Under the pieces are notes generated by a model. That model worked only from the letters and a program-made list of their open reading frames with translations, did not search any database and had not been told where the DNA came from. This document shows, piece by piece, positions 47,196 through 55,781 of a DNA stretch of 64,000 bases; positions within the stretch are counted from its first letter, which is position 1, and every line of letters begins with the position of its first letter. Source of the DNA: an uncultured Gammaproteobacteria bacterium (lineage in GTDB: Bacteria > Patescibacteriota > Patescibacteriia > UBA1558 > UBA10009). The stretch is from contig CAZPMS010000001.1 of NCBI GenBank assembly GCA_964588165.1, positions 91,303 through 155,302 of the forward strand. The letters are read 5' to 3'. The position numbers and the translations under genes are program-made.

Positions 47196-47355
47196 TTTGG
47201 CCCCCAAATGTTAAATGAATTTTAAACAACGATTTATCATAAATTAGTTTAAAAAAGAAATTTTGTCAATCCACCCAGCTGGCGGATAAAATAAAAAACC
47301 TTGTTAAAGGTTTTTGCATAAAGTAAAAACATCTATGCAACTTAACAAGGTTGGC

Positions 47356-47562
47356 TCAAAATATGTTTCTAATTATTCTCCAAACAGCATAGGGCCACAT
47401 CGCTGCATCAATTAAATTTTCCTTCATTGGAGCTTCCATTAACACAATCTCTTCTGCCGGATCTGCCAGCTCATCATCGCCCTGTGCCCATTGAAGACAA
47501 ATGAAAGAGATTACCGTAATGACCGTATAAGCCAATAAAGCTATAATACCAGCCGTAATCAT
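47356..47562 (-). CDS. Orphan small membrane protein (cassette)
   Basis: SD GGGAGG; TTGACA at 47632-47627. Confidence 0.6.
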   Translation of the reverse strand: MITAGIIALLAYTVITVISFICLQWAQGDDELADPAEEIVLMEAPMKENLIDAAMWPYAVWRIIRNIF

Positions 47563-47711
47563 GTTCCCTCCCAAGTGTTTTTTGAAAAAAAAGTACTGTT
47601 ATTATTTTATTACTCAGCCTAAAATTTGTCAATCACTAAGATTGACATTTAACTAATATATGCTAAACAGAAAGTGAACAAACAGTACTTTGACAAACAA
47701 AGGAAAAGACA

Positions 47712-48041
47712 GTGAAAACCAAACGCTTTCAAAAAAGGCCTGAAGATTTTATCTGCGAAAACTGCGGGGCTGAGATAAAAGGCGATGGTTATACTAACCA
47801 CTGTCCCCAATGCCTTTGGAGTAAACACGTAGACATAAATCCAGGAGACCGACAGGCAAGCTGTAAAGGCCTTATGGAACCGACTAACATTGAGGTAAAA
47901 AAAGGTGGTTATGTTATAACTCATCGCTGCCAAACTTGCGGACACCAAAAAAATAACAAAGTCCAAGCCAATGATGACATGGATACTGTTATTAATATTT
48001 CTGCCGGGCAAAAGGACGAACATTCCGGGAGGCAATCATGA
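47712..48041 (+). CDS. RNHCP-domain zinc-binding protein
   Basis: 'F.CENCG...TNHCPQCLWSKHVD..PGDR...CKGLM.P...HRC..CG'. Confidence 0.9.
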   Translation: MKTKRFQKRPEDFICENCGAEIKGDGYTNHCPQCLWSKHVDINPGDRQASCKGLMEPTNIEVKKGGYVITHRCQTCGHQKNNKVQANDDMDTVINISAGQKDEHSGRQS

Positions 48042-49414
48042 TCAAAATTGATAACGTCCCCGGAAAAACTGTGCGCTGCCATTATCGCCCACTTAAAAGA
48101 GCTGAGGCTGGCCCGCGTGTAACTTATGACGATATTCCGCATCTCTGCCATATTGAGTTAACCTATGCCTGTAATGCCAACTGCCGCTTTTGTTACAATC
48201 CTGATAGAAGTAAGCTGGGAGATTTAAAAACGGTAGACAGGCTTGTAGAAAACGTAGCTGCCAACCAAATTCCGCATGTCTATTTAATTGGCGGAGAGCC
48301 AAGTTTGGTTGGTGAGAAAAGGCTTAACCGTTATATTGAACTTCTAAGCAAACACTCATCGGTAACTATTGTTACCAACGGCATTATTACCATGAAAAAT
48401 ATTTCTCTTGAATTGGCCTGCTTTGGCGTGCCACTACATGGAGATAATGCCCAAACCCACGAATGGCACAACCAACATCCCGGCAGTTTTGCCAAAACTC
48501 TAAGAGCGATTGAGTATTACGTGAAACAAGGCCATGATGTCCGCTGCGTTCCGGTTTTAACTAACAGGAACTTTGATCAGATATACGGCATTATCAAGTT
48601 GGCCAACGATCTGGGTATGGAATCAATCTTTGTAGATAGATATGAAGATGGCGGAATCGGCGCAGTTAATGATGCCAATGAACCGCTTAAACCGAACCTG
48701 GATCAATTTAGAACCGCTTTGGACCAAATGCTTAAAGCCAGGGAAGATTTTCCAAGCTTTGGCAACCGAATAGGTTTTGGCACAGCTATTCCCTTTTGCC
48801 TTGATCCCAGGATGATCCAGCTTAACATGACTTCTGATTGCGGAGTTGGCTCCACTTTTGCTGCTATTAATCCGCAAGGAGAGTTTAGAATCTGCAATCA
48901 GTCACAGTTAAGTTTCGGCAATGTTTTAGAAGAATCAATTACTACAATTTGGCAAAAGCCGGAAATGGATATTTTCAGAGACCTTTCTTGGGTAACTGAA
49001 CCATGCCGCTCTTGCCCTCTGTTATTGCAGTGTACTGGTGGCTGCAAAGTTGATGTGAACTGTTCTGATACTTTTTGCATAGACTTTGCTGTTCGCGGTT
49101 TATCCAATCCGCTCAATTCAGCCAAAACTGTAACAAAACCAAAACCGGAAATTTTTGTGCCGGCAAAATATCGAAACTTCAAACCCAATCGCTTTGCCAA
49201 ACTTAACCTTAGGTATGGGCAGAAATTTCTGGTCACCCGCTACCAAACGGTTAAGCTAAACCAGTTGGCAATAACTTTGGTAAAGGAAATTTTAACTGGC
49301 AACATTTCTTCGGAAAGCCAGTTAATAGAAAAATTTAGCCCGGTTGCAGAAATTGCTGAACTCAGAAAAACCCTAAGCCAGCTAGTTTTGGCAGATGCAG
49401 TTGATTTAATTTAA
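48038..49414 (+). CDS. Radical SAM/SPASM enzyme with C-terminal PqqD/RRE-like extension
   Basis: CNANCRFC, GGEP, SPASM 'CGVG...INPQGEFRIC...CRSC...CTGGC'; ATGA coupling to RNHCP. Confidence 0.9.
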   Translation: MIKIDNVPGKTVRCHYRPLKRAEAGPRVTYDDIPHLCHIELTYACNANCRFCYNPDRSKLGDLKTVDRLVENVAANQIPHVYLIGGEPSLVGEKRLNRYIELLSKHSSVTIVTNGIITMKNISLELACFGVPLHGDNAQTHEWHNQHPGSFAKTLRAIEYYVKQGHDVRCVPVLTNRNFDQIYGIIKLANDLGMESIFVDRYEDGGIGAVNDANEPLKPNLDQFRTALDQMLKAREDFPSFGNRIGFGTAIPFCLDPRMIQLNMTSDCGVGSTFAAINPQGEFRICNQSQLSFGNVLEESITTIWQKPEMDIFRDLSWVTEPCRSCPLLLQCTGGCKVDVNCSDTFCIDFAVRGLSNPLNSAKTVTKPKPEIFVPAKYRNFKPNRFAKLNLRYGQKFLVTRYQTVKLNQLAITLVKEILTGNISSESQLIEKFSPVAEIAELRKTLSQLVLADAVDLI

Positions 49415-49424
49415 GGAGGTTACA

Positions 49425-50888
49425 GTGAAGCCTAAAGAAATCCACTGGGAAATAACTTCTGGTTGCAACCTCCGCTGCCAAACCTGCTTAGTTACAGCTG
49501 AGCAAGCCAAGCCTGATGAGCTGACAACTGTTCAGTCTTATCAGGCCTTGGCTAAAATTTTGGAGGCTGGCATAACCAAAGTTTGCTTTACCGGAGGCGA
49601 ACCCTTTAACCGAACAGATTTTATCGGCCTAATCCAAAAAGCCGCTGAACTAAACCTAGATGTTGAAATTATAACTAACGGTACGCTAATCTCTGATGAT
49701 ATTTTGCAGAGATTAAAACCGTTGGTTAAAAAACTGGGGATCAGCTTGGATGGCCCGACAAAACAAACCAATGATGCTATTCGAGGCAATGGTTCATTCA
49801 ATAAAGCCTTGGAAACTCTTAAATTATGCCAGGAACTGGGAATTCCTGTTCAGCTTTATGTTACAGTTTCCCAACAAACGGCCAACTGTGTTCCAAAAAT
49901 TATCAAGCTGGCAAAAAAATTGGGCTGTAAGGAAATACATTTCAACGAGATAACCCTAAGGGGTAGGGCTGCCAAAAACGGTTTTGAACAGCTCTCGCCA
50001 GAAAAAAAAGCTTGGCTTAAGGAAATTATTTACCAACAAGCCGGCTTATTCTCCATAAACCTACAGGAAGACGAAACTTGCTGGGCAAACGGCACTTCCC
50101 TGTATCTCAATTCAGCGGGCTTTATCTACTTATGTTCGGAGATTGCCTTGGTAAATCCTGCCGAGCATTTAGGCAATATTTTGGCTAATGAAAATTGGCT
50201 TAACCAAATTGCTGAAATTCCCGAACCGCCGGCTGAATGCTGTTTTGGAATTTTGTATGGAGAAGGTCTTAGCTTCATATATCAAACCGATAAACCGTGT
50301 TGGGCAAATAACCCAACCATTAACACGCTGGAGGAGCTTTACTCCGCTTTTGATGGATTGTATAATGGAATTGAGGAAAGCTGTAACGGTTGTACTGATC
50401 CTGACTGCCTGGGCTATATTTGGCTCTTAAAGGAAGAGGCTGAAAAACTGGCTGATCTGGATGTACCTATTGTTAGAATCAACGACAAGATCCATTTCAT
50501 TAATTCCTTTAAGAACGTTGATGGAAAACTAGATATTTCTCAACGCTATCCGGTCTGTAACCAAGTTTGTGCCGGAAAAATGAGGTTTTGTTCAATTCAT
50601 CAAAACAGGCCGCTGGTCTGCCACATGTATCCAATTGGCCTAGAAACAACTAAGGAAGGGAAAACTTTCTGGGTGCTTCATCTGGATTGCAAGTACGTTC
50701 AAAAAATTCTGACAGAAAAACTAATCGGAGAACTCACTAAACAGTTCACTAACATAATTAATCGGGTTAATCCAAGCCTGGTTGAACGGATTCTATCGGC
50801 TTACAAATTAGTCGACGGAATTTCTAAGTTTCCTGACGGTGAAAACAAGTTCGTTATTCTTATGGAGGCAAATCATGTCCAAGTGTAA
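49425..50888 (+). CDS. Radical SAM enzyme fused to a YkgJ-like Cys-cluster domain
   Basis: CNLRCQTC, 'TGGEP', Twitch-like 'CWAN...GFIYLC', then 'CNGC...C' and 'CSIHQNRPLVCHMYP'. Confidence 0.88.
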   Translation: MKPKEIHWEITSGCNLRCQTCLVTAEQAKPDELTTVQSYQALAKILEAGITKVCFTGGEPFNRTDFIGLIQKAAELNLDVEIITNGTLISDDILQRLKPLVKKLGISLDGPTKQTNDAIRGNGSFNKALETLKLCQELGIPVQLYVTVSQQTANCVPKIIKLAKKLGCKEIHFNEITLRGRAAKNGFEQLSPEKKAWLKEIIYQQAGLFSINLQEDETCWANGTSLYLNSAGFIYLCSEIALVNPAEHLGNILANENWLNQIAEIPEPPAECCFGILYGEGLSFIYQTDKPCWANNPTINTLEELYSAFDGLYNGIEESCNGCTDPDCLGYIWLLKEEAEKLADLDVPIVRINDKIHFINSFKNVDGKLDISQRYPVCNQVCAGKMRFCSIHQNRPLVCHMYPIGLETTKEGKTFWVLHLDCKYVQKILTEKLIGELTKQFTNIINRVNPSLVERILSAYKLVDGISKFPDGENKFVILMEANHVQV

Positions 50889-51003
50889 AGCCGTACTTGA
50901 TGCCGATAGGGTTGATAAGATTGAAGTCGTAGGAAAAGACGACAAATCTTCCTCCTCTCCGGCAGACACAAAAAAAACCAGCAAGAAGCCGGCTGGCAAG
51001 TAA
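50875..51003 (+). CDS. 42-aa peptide, candidate RiPP precursor (not in ORF track)
   Basis: SD GGAGG; MSKCKAVLDADRVDKIEVVGKDDKSSSSPADTKKTSKKPAGK; overlaps the rSAM2 end; followed by terminator. Confidence 0.7.
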   Translation: MSKCKAVLDADRVDKIEVVGKDDKSSSSPADTKKTSKKPAGK

Positions 51004-51027
51004 CTCATTGATCATTCATTCTAAACC

Positions 51028-51057
51028 AAAGGGCAAAGCCAAAGCTATGCCCTTTTT
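51028..51057 (+). terminator. Intrinsic terminator closing the rSAM operon
   Basis: AAAGGGCAAAGC-caaa-GCTATGCCCTTTTT. Confidence 0.75.
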
Positions 51058-51820
51058 ATTTTTTCCTCAAAACAACGTAATTTAATGGTTTATAACTTTT
51101 TTGTTTTTTAACTTGAGTGTGTTCAAAATAACCTAAAAATTCAAACTTATCATTTTGTTTAATTAGTTTCTCTAATTCATTAGAAGGAATTAATTTAAAA
51201 ATTCTAGTTTCCTTAAAAATCTTTTTTTGCTTTTTATTTAATACTTCCAACTTAAGTTCTTGCGTAACTTTTTTTTGTTTAAGATTTTTTGACGTTAGTT
51301 TATAGTATACTTTTATAATTAAACCTTCTTTCTTTATGGTCCAAGTTTGTGGCTGCCAAAATTTCTTGCTTTGCCAGTTTAAAGGATAATTTTCAATTAA
51401 ATACAATCCTCCTTTTTTAAAAACCTTAGCGAGTGATTCTAAATGTGATAAAAATTCCTCGTTATTTTTAAGATATATAATCGAACCCATCATTATAAAA
51501 GCAAAATCAACTTTTTGTTTTAGTTTGAAATCAACCATGCTTCCTTTAACCGAGGAAATGTTTAATTTCTCTTTATGGCTAATTGATTTCAAATAATTTA
51601 TCATGGCTAAACTATTATCCAAACCAATGCCTCTGTATCCCCTTTTAGCCATCTCCCTGAGTTGGACAGCCGGTCCGCAGGCAATATCTAAAACTCTTTT
51701 AACTTTTACTTTGCTGAATTTTTTAATAAATAATTCAAAAAGATCAACCTGTTTTTTAGGCTTAATAAAACTAAAAGCCAGCTCATAATATTCCGGCTTG
51801 CTATAAAAACTTGATTTCAT
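51056..51820 (-). CDS. Class I SAM-dependent methyltransferase
   Basis: 'VLDIACGPA', 'GLDNS..M', 'KKGGLYLIE'. Confidence 0.9.
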   Translation of the reverse strand: MKSSFYSKPEYYELAFSFIKPKKQVDLFELFIKKFSKVKVKRVLDIACGPAVQLREMAKRGYRGIGLDNSLAMINYLKSISHKEKLNISSVKGSMVDFKLKQKVDFAFIMMGSIIYLKNNEEFLSHLESLAKVFKKGGLYLIENYPLNWQSKKFWQPQTWTIKKEGLIIKVYYKLTSKNLKQKKVTQELKLEVLNKKQKKIFKETRIFKLIPSNELEKLIKQNDKFEFLGYFEHTQVKKQKSYKPLNYVVLRKK

Positions 51821-51824
51821 CTAA

Positions 51825-52838
51825 CTAATTCAAATATTTTGCTTTATTTTCTAAATGCTCGTCATAATCCACCGAGTAAATTACTTCACCCGTATCTTTA
51901 GTGGTTAAAAAGTAATAATAAGGATTGCTTTTTGGATAAATGGCGGCCATAATGGCATTTAAGCCCGGATTGGAAATCGGAGTTGGGGTTAAGCCACGGT
52001 GTTTATAGGTATTATATGGGCTTTCAATTTCCAAATCGGCTAAGCTGGGTTGGATTAAGCCTTTGCCCGTTACATAATTAACAGTAGCATCAGACTGCAG
52101 GGCAATCCCCGCCTCTAACCGCTTATAAAAAATATCAGCCACCATTTTCATATCTTCCGGAGTCCTTACCTCCTTTTCTATTATAGAAGCCAAGGTGATA
52201 ATTTCAAAAATTGATTTATCTTGAGCCTTAATGTCAATACGCATTTTTGGCGTAAATTTCCTTTCAAAATTATCCAGCATCTTTTTAATAATCTCTTCTT
52301 CGGTAGAATTTTTAAAAACCCTGTAAGTATCCGGAAATAAATAACCTTCTAAATCGGCGCTAATTGGTTTATCAGCTAAAAAACTGTACTCATCCACAAA
52401 ACGGCTTAAATTTTTGCCAACTAAATTCAAAAAATTATTTTGGGTTGTTAACTTACTATGTTCCAGATAATCAGCAATCTCTTTGTTATTCCAACCTTCT
52501 ATAATGGTAATGCTTACCTCTGAATCACCTGGATTAGTAAGCTTGCCGGTTATTTGTTTAATATTCATGTTGGCAGCCAGTTCATGAACTCCGGCAATAA
52601 AATTTCTTTCCAAGCCCTGTTGCCAAACGTAAGCTTCGAAATAAAATTTGCTTCTGATTAAATTTTCGTCAAATAAATTTTGGCTAATTTGATTAACGCC
52701 CTCGCCCTGTTTTACTTCAAAATTAATAATTTTATCAAAATCAGAAAAAGAAGCTGTAATTTGATAAGTAAAAAAAATCCAGCCGGAAATTAAACCGATG
52801 ATTATTAATATTATTAAACTTTTGATTATTTTAAACAT
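51825..52838 (-). CDS. mltG: Endolytic transglycosylase MltG
   Basis: 'LEGYLFPDTY', 'LASIIEKE', 'LQSDAT', 'SPYNTY..GL.PTPISNPG'. Confidence 0.95.
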   Translation of the reverse strand: MFKIIKSLIILIIIGLISGWIFFTYQITASFSDFDKIINFEVKQGEGVNQISQNLFDENLIRSKFYFEAYVWQQGLERNFIAGVHELAANMNIKQITGKLTNPGDSEVSITIIEGWNNKEIADYLEHSKLTTQNNFLNLVGKNLSRFVDEYSFLADKPISADLEGYLFPDTYRVFKNSTEEEIIKKMLDNFERKFTPKMRIDIKAQDKSIFEIITLASIIEKEVRTPEDMKMVADIFYKRLEAGIALQSDATVNYVTGKGLIQPSLADLEIESPYNTYKHRGLTPTPISNPGLNAIMAAIYPKSNPYYYFLTTKDTGEVIYSVDYDEHLENKAKYLN

Positions 52839-52850
52839 ATTTTTATTAGT

Positions 52851-52956
52851 TCACTGATCTATCACCGATAAAACACGGATCAATCACGGATATTATATTT
52901 GTGAGCCATCTGTGATAGCTCCGTGAGTATCAGTGGATTATCTGTGGTTTATCTGT
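52851..52956. repeat. Periodic ~11-nt inverted repeat array
   Basis: tcactgatctatcaccgataaaacacggatcaatcacggat...atctgtgatagctccgtgagtatcagtggattatctgtg. Confidence 0.75.
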
Positions 52957-52957
52957 A

Positions 52958-53701
52958 TTATTCAATATAATAACGTAAATAGTTATAAAACCTTTGTGGT
53001 TCCGGAATAATCCAGTTATGAGAGCCTCCTTCAACTTCAATCAGTTTAGAGTTTTTTAGCATATTTTTCAACCTATAGCCGTAGTCCAACGAAAGCATGT
53101 TATCTTTTGTACCCCATAAAATTAAAGCCGGAATATCCATTTTTTTTAAGTAAACCTTAAAATCGGTTTCCGTAATTATTTTAATTTGCCTTCCCATATC
53201 TCTAAAATGAGGAATTAGCAAATTTTTTAAGAATTCCGGAAAAAACTCCATAAGGGCAGATGTTTTCTTTTGCTGAACATTCCTAAATGTTTTCATTAAC
53301 CAAGCCTTATAGGGTTGTTCTAAACTTACGCCCAAACTGTTAACTAAAACTAAATTTTTTATTAAATCCGGATTATTAACTGCTAAAGAAATTGCTACCA
53401 TTCCTCCAAAAGAATGGCCGACAATATTTATCTTGGTAAAGTTAAAAAGCCTAATAAAACTGTAAATGCTTTTATAATAATCTTCAAAAGACCAGTTGGC
53501 ACTTAATTTGCCGGATTTGCCTACCCCCGGCAGATTTATAATAATAACTTTATATTTTTTGGCCAACAGGCTGCCGGCGCTTTTATACATATCTGCCGTG
53601 CCAAACAAACCGGGTATAAAAATAAGCGGCGTCCCTTGGCCGCTTTCTAAATAATGCATTCTTACACCATTGGCAATAACAAATTTATCTGTAAATTTCA
53701 T
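52958..53701 (-). CDS. Alpha/beta fold hydrolase
   Basis: 'GHSFGG' nucleophile elbow, 'ILWGTKD', 'GSHNW'. Confidence 0.9.
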   Translation of the reverse strand: MKFTDKFVIANGVRMHYLESGQGTPLIFIPGLFGTADMYKSAGSLLAKKYKVIIINLPGVGKSGKLSANWSFEDYYKSIYSFIRLFNFTKINIVGHSFGGMVAISLAVNNPDLIKNLVLVNSLGVSLEQPYKAWLMKTFRNVQQKKTSALMEFFPEFLKNLLIPHFRDMGRQIKIITETDFKVYLKKMDIPALILWGTKDNMLSLDYGYRLKNMLKNSKLIEVEGGSHNWIIPEPQRFYNYLRYYIE

Positions 53702-53703
53702 TA

Positions 53704-54774
53704 TTAAAGATATTTATCCAATTTATTTTTTTCCAGAATTTCCACAATTTTTTTTACATCTTGGGCACGTTCTTTGGGGCAAAAAAATACTACATCTTTG
53801 GTTTCTATTATAATTGAATCTTTAATGCCTATTGTGGCAATTAACTTATTGCTATAACTGTAAATTAGATTACCACTACCATCTATATGAATATAATTGC
53901 CCTTAACCACATTTTTTCCTGTGCCGCCCGATAAAATTTCCTGGACAGTACTCCAGTGGCCCACATCTACCCAATCAAATTTTGCTGGTAGACATAGCAT
54001 CTTTTTAGCATTTTCCATAATGCCATGGTCAATACTGATTTTTTTTATCTTTTTGAATTCTGATTTTAAAAGTGAAGGCTTGGCCTGGATCTTTTTTAAA
54101 ATTTTATACTGCTGGGGTAAATGTTTTTTAAAAAAATTAAGCATGGTATCTGCTCTAAAAACAAAGTAGGCCGGGTTCCATAAGTAGCTTGACTGTTTTA
54201 AACCGCCGGCTGCAGATTTTAAATATTTCTCAGCCGTTTTTTTATCCGGCTTTTCTTTAAAACTATCCACCTTAAAAATTTTATCATTTCCGATTTTTTT
54301 AAACTGCTTTTTTAATTTAATATAGCCATAACCGGTTTCCGGATAAGTTGGCTTAATGCCCACTAAAACTAAATGGCCCGGATTTTTTTTAACTGCCTTT
54401 TCGGCAACTTTTAAAACTCTGATAAACTCCTGGCGGTTTTTTATAAAATGGTCAGAATTAACCGTAGCAATAATCTCATTTGGTTTAGAATTTATACAAG
54501 CCAATCCAATAGCTGCTGCTGTACCTTTTTTAACCGGATCAATAATAAAATTCTTAGCGCTTTTTAGGCCCAGTTCTTTTTTAATTTGATTTTGCTGCGT
54601 GCTGTTAATGGAAAAAAATATCTCGCTCGGCTTAAAGCCCTTTTTAACCCTTTGGTAAGTTTCTGCTAATAAAGTTTTTTTACCGATTAAAGGTTTTAAT
54701 TGTTTTGGATTTTTTTTCCTGGAAACCGGCCAGAGCCTTTTACCGGTTCCTCCAGCCATAATTATTATTTTCAT
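53704..54774 (-). CDS. manC: Mannose-1-phosphate guanylyltransferase
   Basis: 'MAGGTGKRLWPVSR..NPKQ', 'SDH', 'PETGYGYI', 'FKEKP', 'WVDVGHW'. Confidence 0.9.
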   Translation of the reverse strand: MKIIIMAGGTGKRLWPVSRKKNPKQLKPLIGKKTLLAETYQRVKKGFKPSEIFFSINSTQQNQIKKELGLKSAKNFIIDPVKKGTAAAIGLACINSKPNEIIATVNSDHFIKNRQEFIRVLKVAEKAVKKNPGHLVLVGIKPTYPETGYGYIKLKKQFKKIGNDKIFKVDSFKEKPDKKTAEKYLKSAAGGLKQSSYLWNPAYFVFRADTMLNFFKKHLPQQYKILKKIQAKPSLLKSEFKKIKKISIDHGIMENAKKMLCLPAKFDWVDVGHWSTVQEILSGGTGKNVVKGNYIHIDGSGNLIYSYSNKLIATIGIKDSIIIETKDVVFFCPKERAQDVKKIVEILEKNKLDKYL

Positions 54775-54898
54775 ATATTATTAATAATTTAAAATTGATG
54801 ATTGCCTGACTGCCGGCAGGCAGGATGATTAATATAACGGGGATAAAAAATTTGTTCAGGACGAAATGATACATTTTTAAGCCATTAATCATCAATTA

Positions 54899-55527
54899 TT
54901 AGTCATTATCTATCAACGGCACAAACACAAACCCCGGAAAATACTGTTCGTTAAAATTATCTTTAGCAATTTTATCAACTACAATTATATCTTGCATGCC
55001 CCTGCCAACCGGAATTACCAATCTACCGCCAACGCTTAACTGTTTTTTAAGTTCTTCCGGAACAGTTTCTGCACCGGCCGCCACAATTATCCTATCAAAT
55101 GGCGCCTCAGAAATCAATCCTTTCCAGCCATTGCCTTTTATAATTTCTATATTTTTAAAATTGTATTTTTTTAGATTTTTTGGCCGTATTTTATTAAATC
55201 GTCTTTTATTTCTAAACCAATTACTTTTCCTTGCCTGCCTGCTATACTTGCCAACAAGGCGGTTTGCCAGCCAGAGCCTGATCCTATATCCAAAATCTTG
55301 TGGCCTTTTTCTGCCTGCAATTTTTCCAGCATAAATGCTACTGTGGCAGGCTGGGAAATTGTTTGGCCATGCCCTATTGATAAAGGAAAGTTTTTATAAG
55401 CTTCTGTTTTAAGTTCTGGTGGCACAAAATCTTTACGGTCTACTTCTTCAAAAGCTTTAATAATCCTTAAAGTGTTAAGGTAATCAGATTGCAGTAATTC
55501 ATTGATTAAATCTTTATTGGTATTCAT
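54899..55527 (-). pseudogene. pcm: Protein-L-isoaspartate O-methyltransferase, frameshifted
   Basis: 'IGHGQTISQP', 'LDIGSGSGWQTA' in one frame and 'GNGWKG..EAPFDRIIV.AGA...GGRLVIPVG...FVFVPL' in the next; break at A6 run 55176-55181. Confidence 0.85.
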
Positions 55528-55530
55528 ATT

Positions 55531-55646
55531 TTCACGGATAGAATACTGATCTATCACAGATGAAGCACGAATTTAACACAGATTTTATCAGTGAGTTATC
55601 GGTGATCTATCCGTGATAGCTCAGTGAATATCTGTGCTTTATCAGT
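55531..55646. repeat. Periodic ~11-nt inverted repeat array
   Basis: cacggat...tcacagat...cacagat then atcagtg...atcggtg...atccgtg...atctgtg. Confidence 0.75.
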
Positions 55647-55781
55647 TAATAAAAGTTGACAAATCAATAAAAGTATGCTATCATTACATCATAAGGCTAG
55701 AAATAGCCTTTTTGTGTTTGCTGAAGCCAAAATAGCTTAGGTAAATACTTAAAACAAAAATAAAATCAAACAAAAATAAAA

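Noticed and set aside
43400-47600. Prophage or plasmid remnant
   Set aside because: No integrase, terminase, capsid or replication genes; the ORFs alternate strands with individual promoters and are interleaved with host-type genes such as FKBP.
51056-51820. Methyltransferase as a tailoring enzyme of the rSAM operon
   Set aside because: It is on the opposite strand, AT-rich, SD-less and coupled to mltG, and it is separated from the operon by the terminator; the link is unsupported though not excluded.
15943-55646. CRISPR array from the periodic repeats
   Set aside because: Cores are ~7 nt and degenerate with ~4-nt spacers; there are no 23-47-nt identical repeats and no cas genes.
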